Below, in pieces: positions 24,501-38,431 of a stretch of 64,000 nucleotides of DNA. Source of the DNA: the human T2T-CHM13v2.0 reference genome, Homo sapiens. The stretch lies in the NCBI RefSeq assembly GCF_009914755.1, contig NC_060928.1, one strand, 5' to 3'. Both the position numbers and the translations under genes were made by a program. Numbering within the stretch: the first letter of the stretch is position 1; each line of letters begins with the position of its first letter. The notes below the pieces were generated by a model. That model ran no database searches and had not been told where the DNA came from. It worked only from the letters and a program-made list of their open reading frames with translations.

Positions 24501-27500
24501 ATGTTTGCATTCAAGTCACAGAATTGAACATTCCTTTTCATAGTGCAGGTTTGAAACACTCTTTCTGTAGTATCTGGAAGTGGACATTTCAAGCGCTTTC
24601 AGGCCTACGGGGAGAAAGGAAATATCTTCAAATAAAAACTAGACAGAAGGATTCTCAGAAACTTATTTGTGATGTGTGTCCTAAACGAACACAGTTGAAC
24701 CTTTGTTTAGATACAGCATTTTGGAAACACTCCTTTTGTAGGATCTGCAGGTGGATATTTGGATAGATTTTAAGATTTCGTTGGAAACGGGAGTTTCTTC
24801 ATAGAAACTCAAGACAGATGCATTCTCAGAAACATCTCTGTGATGTTTGCATTCCACTCATAGAGTTGAAAACTTCCTTTCATAGAGCAGGTTTGAAACA
24901 CTCTTTTTGTAATATTTGGAAGTGGACATTTGCAGCGCTTTGAGGCCTATGGTGAAAAAGGAAATATCTTCTCATAAAAACCAGAAACAAGCATTCTCAG
25001 AAACTTCTTTTTGATGTGTGTACTCAAGTAACAGAGTTGAACCTTCCTTTTGACACAGCAGTTTTGAAACAATCTTTTTGTAGAATCTGCAAGTGGATAT
25101 TTGGATAGCTTTGAGGATTTCGTTGGAAACGGGATATCTTCATATAAAATCTAGACAGAAGCTTTCTCAGAAACTTCTTTGTGCTGTATGTCCTCAATTA
25201 ACAGATTTGAACCATTGCTTGGATACAGCATTTTGGAAACATTCCTTGAGTAGAATCTGCAAGTTGATATTTAGGTAGATTTGAAGATTTCGTTGGAAAA
25301 GGGAATATCTCCATAGAAAATCTAGAGGGAAGCATTCTCAGAAACTGCTTTGTGATGTTTCCATTCAAGTCACAGAGTTGAATATTCCCTTTTATAGAGC
25401 ACGTTTGAAACACTCTTTCTGCACTATCTGGAAGTGGACATTTCGAGCGCTTTGAGGCCTATGGTGAAAAAGGAAATATCTTCCCATAAAAACTAGACAG
25501 AAGCATTCTCAGAAACTTGTTTGTGATGTGTGTATTCAACTAACAGAGTTGAACTTTTGTTTTTACAGAGCCGTTTTAAAACACTCTTTTTGTGGAATCA
25601 GAAAGTGGATATTCGGATGGCTCTGAGGATTTCGTTGGAAGCGGGATTACATATAAAATCTAGAGAGAAGCATTCTCAGGAACTTCTTTGTGATGTTTGC
25701 ATTGAAGTCACAGAATTGAACATTCACTTTGATAGAGCAGGTTTGAAACACTCATTCTGTAGTATCTGGAAGTGGACATTTCAAGCGCTTTCAGGCCTAT
25801 GGTGAGAAAGGAAATATCTTCGAATAAAAACTAGACAGAAGCATCCTCAGAAACTTATTTGTGATGTGTGTCCTCAACTAACAGAGTTGAAACTTTGTTT
25901 TGATACAGCATTTTGGAAACACTCTTTTTGTAGAATCTGCAGGTGGATATTTGGATAGCTTAGAGGGATTCGTTGGAAAGGGGATATCTTCATATAAAAT
26001 CTAGACAGAAGCATTCTCAGAAACTTATTTGTGATGTGTGTCCTCAACTAACAGAGTTGAACCTTGGTTTTGATACAGCATTTTGGAAACACTCCTTTTG
26101 TAGAATCTGCAGGTGGATATGTGGATAGCTCTGAAGATTTCGTTGGAAACGGGAATTTCTTCATATAAAATCAAACAGAAGCATTCTCAGAAACTTCTCA
26201 GTGATGTTTGCATTCAGCTCATGGAGTTGAACACTTCCTTTCATAGAGCCGGTTTGAAACACTCTTTCTGCACTACCTGGAAGAGGACATTTCGAGCGCT
26301 TTGAGTCCTATGGTGAAAAAGGAAATATCTTCTCATAAAAACCAGAAAGAAGCATTCTCAGAAACTTCTTTGTGTTGTGTGTACTCATGTAACAGTGTTG
26401 AACCATCCTTTTGACAGAGCAGTTTTGAAACACTCTTTTTGTAGAATCTGCAAGTGGATATTTGGATAGCTTTGAGGATTTCGTTGGAAACGGGATGACA
26501 TATAATATCTAGAGAGAAGCATACTCAGGAACTTCTTTGTGATGTTTGCATTCAAGTCACAGAATTGAACATTCCCTTTCATAGAGCAGGTTTGAAACAC
26601 TCTTTCTCTAGTATCTGGAAGTGGGCATTTCAAGCGCTTTCAGGCCTATGGAGAGAAAGGAAATACCTTCAAATAAAAACTAGACAGAAGCATTCTCAGA
26701 AACTTATTTGTGATGTGTGTCCTCAACTAACAGAGTTGAACCTTTGTTTTGATACAGCATTTTGGAAACACTCCTTTTGTAGAATCTGCAGGTGGATATT
26801 TGGATAACTTTGAAGATTTCGTTGGAAACCGGAATATCTTCATATAAAATCAAGACAGAAGCATTCTCGGAAACATCTCTGTGATGTTTGCATTCAACTC
26901 AGTAGAGTTGAACACTTCCTTTCATAGAGCAGGTTTGAAACACTCTTTCTGCACTACCTGGAAGCGGACATTTCGAGCGCTTTGAGGCCTATGGTGAAAA
27001 AGGAAATATCTTCTCATAAAAACCAGAAAGAAGCATTCTCAGAAACTTCTTTGTGTTGTGTGTACTCAAGTAACAGTGTTGAACCTTCCTTTTGACACAG
27101 CAGTTTTGAAACACTCTTTTGGTAGAATCTGCAAGTGGATATTTGGATAGCTTTGAGGATTTCGTTGGAAACGGGTTATCTTCATATAAAATCCAGACAG
27201 GAGCATTCTCAGAAACTTCTTTGTGCTGCATGTCCTCAATTCACAGAGCTGAACCTTTGTTTGGATACAGCATTTTGGAAACATTCCTTTAGTAGAATCT
27301 GCAAGTTGATATTTAGATAGCTTTGAAGATTTCGTTGGAAACGGGAATATCTTCATAGAAAATCTAGACGGAAGCATTCTCAGAAACTGCTTTGTGATGT
27401 TTGCATTCAAGTCACAGAGTTGAATATTCCCTTTTATAGAGTAGGTTTGAAACACTCTTTCGGCACTACCTGGAAGTGGATATTTCGAGCTCTTTGAGGC

Positions 27501-30500
27501 CTATGGTTAAAAGGAAATATCTTCCCATAAAAACTAGACAGAAGCCGTCTCAGAAACTTGTTTGTGATGTGTGTATTCAACTACCAGAGTTGAACATTTC
27601 TGTTACAGAGCAATTTTAAAACACTCTTTTTGTGGAATCTGAAAGTGGATAATTGGATAGCTTTGTGGATTTCGTTGGAAACGGGATGACGTATAAAATC
27701 TAGAGAGAAGCATTCTCAGGAACTTCTTTCTGATGTTTGCATTCAAGTCACAGAATTGAACATTCCTTTTCATAGTGCAGGTTTGAAACACTCTTTCTGT
27801 AGTATCTGGAAGTGGACATTTCAAGCGCTTTCAGGCCTACGGGGAGAAAGGAAATATCTTCAAATAAAAACTAGACAGAAGGATTCTCAGAAACTTATTT
27901 GTGATGTGTGTCCTAAACGAACACAGTTGAACCTTTGTTTTGATACAGCATTTTGGAAACACTCCTTTTGTAGGATCTGCAGGTGGATATTTGGATAGAT
28001 TTTAAGATTTCGTTGGAAACGGGAGTTTCTTCATAGAAACTCAAGACAGATGCATTCTCAGAAACATCTCTGTGATGTTTGCATTCCACTCATAGAGTTG
28101 AAAACTTCCTTTCATAGAGCAGGTTTGAAACACTCTTTTTGTAATATTTGGAAGTGGACATTTGCAGCGCTTTGAGGCCTATGGTGAAAAAGGAAATATC
28201 TTCTCATAAAAACCAGAAACAAGCATTCTCAGAAACTTCTTTTTGATGTGTGTACTCAAGTAACAGAGTTGAACCTTCCTTTTGACACAGCAGTTTTGAA
28301 ACAATCTTTTTGTAGAATCTGCAAGTGGATATTTGGATAGCTTTGAGGATTTCGTTGGAAACGGGATATCTTCATATAAAATCTAGACAGAAGCATTCTC
28401 AGAAACTTCTTTGTGCTGTATGTCCTCAATTAACAGAGTTGAACCATTGCTTGGATACAGCATTTTGGAAACATTCCTTGAGTAGAATCTGCAAGTTGAT
28501 ATTTAGATAGATTTGAAGATTTCGTTGGAAAAGGGAATATCTCCATATAAAATCTAGAGGGAAGCATTCTCAGAAACTGCTTTGTGATGTTTCCATTCAA
28601 GTCACAGAGTTGAATATTTCCTTTTATAGAGCACGTTTGAAACACTCTTTCTGCACTATCTGGAAGTGGACATTTCGAGCGCTTTGAGGCCTATGGTGAA
28701 AAAGGAAATATCTTCCCATAAAAACTAGACAGAAGCATTCTCAGAAACTTGTTTGTGATGTGTGTATTCAACTAACAGAGTTGAACTTTTGTTTTTACAG
28801 AGCCGTTTTAAAACACTCTTTTTGTGGAATCAGAAAGTGGATATTCGGATGGCTCTGAGGATTTCGTTGGAAGCGGGATTACATATAAAATCTAGAGAGA
28901 AGCATTCTCAGGAACTTCTTTGTGATGTTTGCATTGAAGTCACAGAATTGAACATTCACTTTGATAGAGCAGGTTTGAAACACTCATTCTGTAGTATCTG
29001 GAAGTGGACATTTCAAGCGCTTTCAGGCCTATGGTGAGAAAGGAAATATCTTCGAATAAAAACTAGACAGAAGCATCCTCAGAAACTTATTTGTGATGTG
29101 TGTCCTCAACTAACAGAGTTGAAACTTTGTTTTGATACAGCATTTTGGAAACACTCTTTTTGTAGAATCTGCAGGTGGATATTTGGATAGCTTAGAGGGA
29201 TTCGTTGGAAAGGGGATATCTTCATATAAAATCTAGACAGAAGCATTCTCAGAAACTTATTTGTGATGTGTGTCCTCAACTAACAGAGTTGAACCTTGGT
29301 TTTGATACAGCATTTTGGAAACACTCCTTTTGTAGAATCTGCAGGTGGATATGTGGATAGCTCTGAAGATTTCGTTGGAAACGGGAATTTCTTCATATAA
29401 AATCAAACAGAAGCATTCTCAGAAACTTCTCAGTGATGTTTGCATTCAGCTCATGGAGTTGAACACTTCCTTTCATAGAGCCGGTTTGAAACACTCTTTC
29501 TGCACTACCTGGAAGAGGACATTTCGAGCGCTTTGAGTCCTATGGTGAAAAAGGAAATATCTTCTCATAAAAACCAGAAAGAAGCATTCTCAGAAACTTC
29601 TTTGTGTTGTGTGTACTCATGTAACAGTGTTGAACCATCCTTTTGACAGAGCAGTTTTGAAACACTCTTTTTGTAGAATCTGCAAGTGGATATTTGGATA
29701 GCTTTGAGGATTTCGTTGGAAACGGGATGACATATAATATCTAGAGAGAAGCATTCTCAGGAACTTCTTTGTGATGTTTGCATTCAAGTCACAGAATTGA
29801 ACATTCCCTTTCATAGAGCAGGTTTGAAACACTCTTTCTCTAGTATCTGGAAGTGGGCATTTCAAGCGCTTTCAGGCCTATGGAGAGAAAGGAAATACCT
29901 TCAAATAAAAACTAGACAGAAGCATTCTCAGAAACTTATTTGTGATGTGTGTCCTCAACTAACAGAGTTGAACCTTTGTTTTGATACAGCATTTTGGAAA
30001 CACTCCTTTTGTAGAATCTGCAGGTGGATATTTGGATAACTTTGAAGATTTCGTTGGAAACCGGAATATCTTCATATAAAATCAAGACAGAAGCATTCTC
30101 GGAAACATCTCTGTGATGTTTGCATTCAACTCAGTAGAGTTGAACACTTCCTTTCATAGAGCCGGTTTGAAACACTCTTTCTGCACTACCTGGAAGCGGA
30201 CATTTCGAGCGCTTTGAGGCCTATGGTGAAAAAGGAAATATCTTCTCATAAAAACCAGAAAGAAGCATTCTCAGAAACTTCTTTGTGTTGTGTGTACTCA
30301 AGTAACAGTGTTGAACCTTCCTTTTGACACAGCAGTTTTGAAACACTCTTTTGGTAGAATCTGCAAGTGGATATTTGGATAGCTTTGAGGATTTCGTTGG
30401 AAACGGGTTATCTTCATATAAAATCCAGACAGGAGCATTCTCAGAAACTTCTTTGTGCTGCATGTCCTCAATTCACAGAGCTGAACCTTTGTTTGGATAC

Positions 30501-33500
30501 AGCATTTTGGAAACATTCCTTTAGTAGAATCTGCAAGTTGATATTTAGATAGCTTTGAAGATTTCGTTGGAAACGGGAATATCTTCATAGAAAATCTAGA
30601 CGGAAGCATTCTCAGAAACTGCTTTGTGATGTTTGCATTCAAGTCACAGAGTTGAATATTCCCTTTTATAGAGTAGGTTTGAAACACTCTTTCGGCACTA
30701 CCTGGAAGTGGATATTTCGAGCTCTTTGAGGCCTATGGTTAAAAGGAAATATCTTCCCATAAAAACTAGACAGAAGCCGTCTCAGAAACTTGTTTGTGAT
30801 GTGTGTATTCAACTACCAGAGTTGAACATTTCTGTTACAGAGCAATTTTAAAACACTCTTTTTGTGGAATCTGAAAGTGGATAATTGGATAGCTTTGTGG
30901 ATTTCGTTGGAAACGGGATGACGTATAAAATCTAGAGAGAAGCATTCTCAGGAACTTCTTTCTGATGTTTGCATTCAAGTCACAGAATTGAACATTCCTT
31001 TTCATAGTGCAGGTTTGAAACACTCTTTCTGTAGTATCTGGAAGTGGACATTTCAAGCGCTTTCAGGCCTACGGGGAGAAAGGAAATATCTTCAAATAAA
31101 AACTAGACAGAAGGATTCTCAGAAACTTATTTGTGATGTGTGTCCTAAACGAACACAGTTGAACCTTTGTTTTGATACAGCATTTTGGAAACACTCCTTT
31201 TGTAGGATCTGCAGGTGGATATTTGGATAGATTTTAAGATTTCGTTGGAAACGGGAGTTTCTTCATAGAAACTCAAGACAGATGCATTCTCAGAAACATC
31301 TCTGTGATGTTTGCATTCCACTCATAGAGTTGAAAACTTCCTTTCATAGAGCAGGTTTGAAACACTCTTTTTGTAATATTTGGAAGTGGACATTTGCAGC
31401 GCTTTGAGGCCTATGGTGAAAAAGGAAATATCTTCTCATAAAAACCAGAAACAAGCATTCTCAGAAACTTCTTTTTGATGTGTGTACTCAAGTAACAGAG
31501 TTGAACCTTCCTTTTGACACAGCAGTTTTGAAACAATCTTTTTGTAGAATCTGCAAGTGGATATTTGGATAGCTTTGAGGATTTCGTTGGAAACGGGATA
31601 TCTTCATATAAAATCTAGACAGAAGCATTCTCAGAAACTTCTTTGTGCTGTATGTCCTCAATTAACAGAGTTGAACCATTGCTTGGATACAGCATTTTGG
31701 AAACATTCCTTGAGTAGAATCTGCAAGTTGATATTTAGATAGATTTGAAGATTTCGTTGGAAAAGGGAATATCTCCATATAAAATCTAGAGGGAAGCATT
31801 CTCAGAAACTGCTTTGTGATGTTTCCATTCAAGTCACAGAGTTGAATATTCCCTTTTATAGAGCACGTTTGAAACACTCTTTCTGCACTATCTGGAAGTG
31901 GACATTTCGAGCGCTTTGAGGCCTATGGTGAAAAAGGAAATATCTTCCCATAAAAACTAGACAGAAGCATTCTCAGAAACTTGTTTGTGATGTGTGTATT
32001 CAACTAACAGAGTTGAACTTTTGTTTTTACAGAGCCGTTTTAAAACACTCTTTTTGTGGAATCAGAAAGTGGATATTCGGATGGCTCTGAGGATTTCGTT
32101 GGAAGCGGGATTACATATAAAATCTAGAGAGAAGCATTCTCAGGAACTTCTTTGTGATGTTTGCATTGAAGTCACAGAATTGAACATTCACTTTGATAGA
32201 GCAGGTTTGAAACACTCATTCTGTAGTATCTGGAAGTGGACATTTCAAGCGCTTTCAGGCCTATGGTGAGAAAGGAAATATCTTCGAATAAAAACTAGAC
32301 AGAAGCATCCTCAGAAACTTATTTGTGATGTGTGTCCTCAACTAACAGAGTTGAAACTTTGTTTTGATACAGCATTTTGGAAACACTCTTTTTGTAGAAT
32401 CTGCAGGTGGATATTTGGATAGCTTAGAGGGATTCGTTGGAAAGGGGATATCTTCATATAAAATCTAGACAGAAGCATTCTCAGAAACTTATTTGTGATG
32501 TGTGTCCTCAACTAACAGAGTTGAACCTTGGTTTTGATACAGCATTTTGGAAACGCTCCTTTTGTAGAATCTGCAGGTGGATATGTGGATAGCTCTGAAG
32601 ATTTCGTTGGAAACGGGAATTTCTTCATATAAAATCAAACAGAAGCATTCTCAGAAACTTCTCAGTGATGTTTGCATTCAGCTCATGGAGTTGAACACTT
32701 CCTTTCATAGAGCCGGTTTGAAACACTCTTTCTGCACTACCTGGAAGAGGACATTTCGAGCGCTTTGAGTCCTATGGTGAAAAAGGAAATATCTTCTCAT
32801 AAAAACCAGAAAGAAGCATTCTCAGAAACTTCTTTGTGTTGTGTGTACTCATGTAACAGTGTTGAACCATCCTTTTGACAGAGCAGTTTTGAAACACTCT
32901 TTTTGTAGAATCTGCAAGTGGATATTTGGATAGCTTTGAGGATTTCGTTGGAAACGGGATGACATATAATATCTAGAGAGAAGCATACTCAGGAACTTCT
33001 TTGTGATGTTTGCATTCAAGTCACAGAATTGAACATTCCCTTTCATAGAGCAGGTTTGAAACACTCTTTCTCTAGTATCTGGAAGTGGGCATTTCAAGCG
33101 CTTTCAGGCCTATGGAGAGAAAGGAAATACCTTCAAATAAAAACTAGACAGAAGCATTCTCAGAAACTTATTTGTGATGTGTGTCCTCAACTAACAGAGT
33201 TGAACCTTTGTTTTGATACAGCATTTTGGAAACACTCCTTTTGTAGAATCTGCAGGTGGATATTTGGATAACTTTGAAGATTTCGTTGGAAACCGGAATA
33301 TCTTCATATAAAATCAAGACAGAAGCATTCTCGGAAACATCTCTGTGATGTTTGCATTCAACTCAGTAGAGTTGAACACTTCCTTTCATAGAGCAGGTTT
33401 GAAACACTCTTTCTGCACTACCTGGAAGCGGACATTTCGAGCGCTTTGAGGCCTATGGTGAAAAAGGAAATATCTTCTCATAAAAACCAGAAAGAAGCAT

Positions 33501-36500
33501 TCTCAGAAACTTCTTTGTGTTGTGTGTACTCAAGTAACAGTGTTGAACCTTCCTTTTGACACAGCAGTTTTGAAACACTCTTTTGGTAGAATCTGCAAGT
33601 GGATATTTGGATAGCTTTGAGGATTTCGTTGGAAACGGGTTATCTTCATATAAAATCCAGACAGGAGCATTCTCAGAAACTTCTTTGTGCTGCATGTCCT
33701 CAATTCACAGAGCTGAACCTTTGTTTGGATACAGCATTTTGGAAACATTCCTTTAGTAGAATCTGCAAGTTGATATTTAGATAGCTTTGAAGATTTCGTT
33801 GGAAACGGGAATATCTTCATAGAAAATCTAGACGGAAGCATTCTCAGAAACTGCTTTGTGATGTTTGCATTCAAGTCACAGAGTTGAATATTCCCTTTTA
33901 TAGAGTAGGTTTGAAACACTCTTTCGGCACTACCTGGAAGTGGATATTTCGAGCTCTTTGAGGCCTATGGTTAAAAGGAAATATCTTCCCATAAAAACTA
34001 GACAGAAGCCGTCTCAGAAACTTGTTTGTGATGTGTGTATTCAACTACCAGAGTTGAACATTTCTGTTACAGAGCAATTTTAAAACACTCTTTTTGTGGA
34101 ATCTGAAAGTGGATAATTGGATAGCTTTGTGGATTTCGTTGGAAACGGGATGACGTATAAAATCTAGAGAGAAGCATTCTCAGGAACTTCTTTCTGATGT
34201 TTGCATTCAAGTCACAGAATTGAACATTCCTTTTCATAGTGCAGGTTTGAAACACTCTTTCTGTAGTATCTGGAAGTGGACATTTCAAGCGCTTTCAGGC
34301 CTACGGGGAGAAAGGAAATATCTTCAAATAAAAACTAGACAGAAGGATTCTCAGAAACTTATTTGTGATGTGTGTCCTAAACGAACACAGTTGAACCTTT
34401 GTTTTGATACAGCATTTTGGAAACACTCCTTTTGTAGGATCTGCAGGTGGATATTTGGATAGATTTTAAGATTTCGTTGGAAACGGGAGTTTCTTCATAG
34501 AAACTCAAGACAGATGCATTCTCAGAAACATCTCTGTGATGTTTGCATTCCACTCATAGAGTTGAAAACTTCCTTTCATAGAGCAGGTTTGAAACACTCT
34601 TTTTGTAATATTTGGAAGTGGACATTTGCAGCGCTTTGAGGCCTATGGTGAAAAAGGAAATATCTTCTCATAAAAACCAGAAACAAGCATTCTCAGAAAC
34701 TTCTTTTTGATGTGTGTACTCAAGTAACAGAGTTGAACCTTCCTTTTGACACAGCAGTTTTGAAACAATCTTTTTGTAGAATCTGCAAGTGGATATTTGG
34801 ATAGCTTTGAGGATTTCGTTGGAAACGGGATATCTTCATATAAAATCTAGACAGAAGCATTCTCAGAAACTTCTTTGTGCTGTATGTCCTCAATTAACAG
34901 AGTTGAACCATTGCTTGGATACAGCATTTTGGAAACATTCCTTGAGTAGAATCTGCAAGTTGATATTTAGATAGATTTGAAGATTTCGTTGGAAAAGGGA
35001 ATATCTCCATAGAAAATCTAGAGGGAAGCATTCTCAGAAACTGCTTTGTGATGTTTCCATTCAAGTCACAGAGTTGAATATTCCCTTTTATAGAGCACGT
35101 TTGAAACACTCTTTCTGCACTATCTGGAAGTGGACATTTCGAGCGCTTTGAGGCCTATGGTGAAAAAGGAAATATCTTCCCATAAAAACTAGACAGAAGC
35201 ATTCTCAGAAACTTGTTTGTGATGTGTGTATTCAACTAACAGAGTTGAACTTTTGTTTTTACAGAGCCGTTTTAAAACACTCTTTTTGTGGAATCAGAAA
35301 GTGGATATTCGGATGGCTCTGAGGATTTCGTTGGAAGCGGGATTACATATAAAATCTAGAGAGAAGCATTCTCAGGAACTTCTTTGTGATGTTTGCATTG
35401 AAGTCACAGAATTGAACATTCACTTTGATAGAGCAGGTTTGAAACACTCATTCTGTAGTATCTGGAAGTGGACATTTCAAGCGCTTTCAGGCCTATGGTG
35501 AGAAAGGAAATATCTTCGAATAAAAACTAGACAGAAGCATCCTCAGAAACTTATTTGTGATGTGTGTCCTCAACTAACAGAGTTGAAACTTTGTTTTGAT
35601 ACAGCATTTTGGAAACACTCTTTTTGTAGAATCTGCAGGTGGATATTTGGATAGCTTAGAGGGATTCGTTGGAAAGGGGATATCTTCATATAAAATCTAG
35701 ACAGAAGCATTCTCAGAAACTTATTTGTGATGTGTGTCCTCAACTAACAGAGTTGAACCTTGGTTTTGATACAGCATTTTGGAAACACTCCTTTTGTAGA
35801 ATCTGCAGGTGGATATGTGGATAGCTCTGAAGATTTCGTTGGAAACGGGAATTTCTTCATATAAAATCAAACAGAAGCATTCTCAGAAACTTCTCAGTGA
35901 TGTTTGCATTCAGCTCATGGAGTTGAACACTTCCTTTCATAGAGCCGGTTTGAAACACTCTTTCTGCACTACCTGGAAGAGGACATTTCGAGCGCTTTGA
36001 GTCCTATGGTGAAAAAGGAAATATCTTCTCATAAAAACCAGAAAGAAGCATTCTCAGAAACTTCTTTGTGTTGTGTGTACTCATGTAACAGTGTTGAACC
36101 ATCCTTTTGACAGAGCAGTTTTGAAACACTCTTTTTGTAGAATCTGCAAGTGGATATTTGGATAGCTTTGAGGATTTCGTTGGAAACGGGATGACATATA
36201 ATATCTAGAGAGAAGCATTCTCAGGAACTTCTTTGTGATGTTTGCATTCAAGTCACAGAATTGAACATTCCCTTTCATAGAGCAGGTTTGAAACACTCTT
36301 TCTCTAGTATCTGGAAGTGGGCATTTCAAGCGCTTTCAGGCCTATGGAGAGAAAGGAAATACCTTCAAATAAAAACTAGACAGAAGCATTCTCAGAAACT
36401 TATTTGTGATGTGTGTCCTCAACTAACAGAGTTGAACCTTTGTTTTGATACAGCATTTTGGAAACACTCCTTTTGTAGAATCTGCAGGTGGATATTTGGA

Positions 36501-38431
36501 TAACTTTGAAGATTTCGTTGGAAACCGGAATATCTTCATATAAAATCAAGACAGAAGCATTCTCGGAAACATCTCTGTGATGTTTGCATTCAACTCAGTA
36601 GAGTTGAACACTTCCTTTCATAGAGCCGGTTTGAAACACTCTTTCTGCACTACCTGGAAGCGGACATTTCGAGCGCTTTGAGGCCTATGGTGAAAAAGGA
36701 AATATCTTCTCATAAAAACCAGAAAGAAGCATTCTCAGAAACTTCTTTGTGTTGTGTGTACTCAAGTAACAGTGTTGAACCTTCCTTTTGACACAGCAGT
36801 TTTGAAACACTCTTTTGGTAGAATCTGCAAGTGGATATTTGGATAGCTTTGAGGATTTCGTTGGAAACGGGTTATCTTCATATAAAATCCAGACAGGAGC
36901 ATTCTCAGAAACTTCTTTGTGCTGCATGTCCTCAATTCACAGAGCTGAACCTTTGTTTGGATACAGCATTTTGGAAACATTCCTTTAGTAGAATCTGCAA
37001 GTTGATATTTAGATAGCTTTGAAGATTTCGTTGGAAACGGGAATATCTTCATAGAAAATCTAGACGGAAGCATTCTCAGAAACTGCTTTGTGATGTTTGC
37101 ATTCAAGTCACAGAGTTGAATATTCCCTTTTATAGAGTAGGTTTGAAACACTCTTTCGGCACTACCTGGAAGTGGATATTTCGAGCTCTTTGAGGCCTAT
37201 GGTTAAAAGGAAATATCTTCCCATAAAAACTAGACAGAAGCCGTCTCAGAAACTTGTTTGTGATGTGTGTATTCAACTACCAGAGTTGAACATTTCTGTT
37301 ACAGAGCAATTTTAAAACACTCTTTTTGTGGAATCTGAAAGTGGATAATTGGATAGCTTTGTGGATTTCGTTGGAAACGGGATGACGTATAAAATCTAGA
37401 GAGAAGCATTCTCAGGAACTTCTTTCTGATGTTTGCATTCAAGTCACAGAATTGAACATTCCTTTTCATAGTGCAGGTTTGAAACACTCTTTCTGTAGTA
37501 TCTGGAAGTGGACATTTCAAGCGCTTTCAGGCCTACGGGGAGAAAGGAAATATCTTCAAATAAAAACTAGACAGAAGGATTCTCAGAAACTTATTTGTGA
37601 TGTGTGTCCTAAACGAACACAGTTGAACCTTTGTTTTGATACAGCATTTTGGAAACACTCCTTTTGTAGGATCTGCAGGTGGATATTTGGATAGATTTTA
37701 AGATTTCGTTGGAAACGGGAGTTTCTTCATAGAAACTCAAGACAGATGCATTCTCAGAAACATCTCTGTGATGTTTGCATTCCACTCATAGAGTTGAAAA
37801 CTTCCTTTCATAGAGCAGGTTTGAAACACTCTTTTTGTAATATTTGGAAGTGGACATTTGCAGCGCTTTGAGGCCTATGGTGAAAAAGGAAATATCTTCT
37901 CATAAAAACCAGAAACAAGCATTCTCAGAAACTTCTTTTTGATGTGTGTACTCAAGTAACAGAGTTGAACCTTCCTTTTGACACAGCAGTTTTGAAACAA
38001 TCTTTTTGTAGAATCTGCAAGTGGATATTTGGATAGCTTTGAGGATTTCGTTGGAAACGGGATATCTTCATATAAAATCTAGACAGAAGCTTTCTCAGAA
38101 ACTTCTTTGTGCTGTATGTCCTCAATTAACAGAGTTGAACCATTGCTTGGATACAGCATTTTGGAAACATTCCTTTAGTAGAATCTGCAAGTTGATATTT
38201 AGATAGATTTGAAGATTTCGTTGGAAAAGGGAATATCTCCATATAAAATCTAGAGGGAAGCATTCTCAGAAACTGCTTTGTGATGTTTCCATTCAAGTCA
38301 CAGAGTTGAATATTCCCTTTTATAGAGCACGTTTGAAACACTCTTTCTGCACTATCTGGAAGTGGACATTTCGAGCGCTTTGAGGCCTATGGTGAAAAAG
38401 GAAATATCTTCCCATAAAAACTAGACAGAAG
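12576..38431 (+). repeat. Run of eight consecutive canonical 19-mer HORs
   Basis: Starts at 12576, 15808, 19040, 22272, 25504, 28736, 31968 and 35200, each exactly 3232 bp. Confidence 0.95.
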
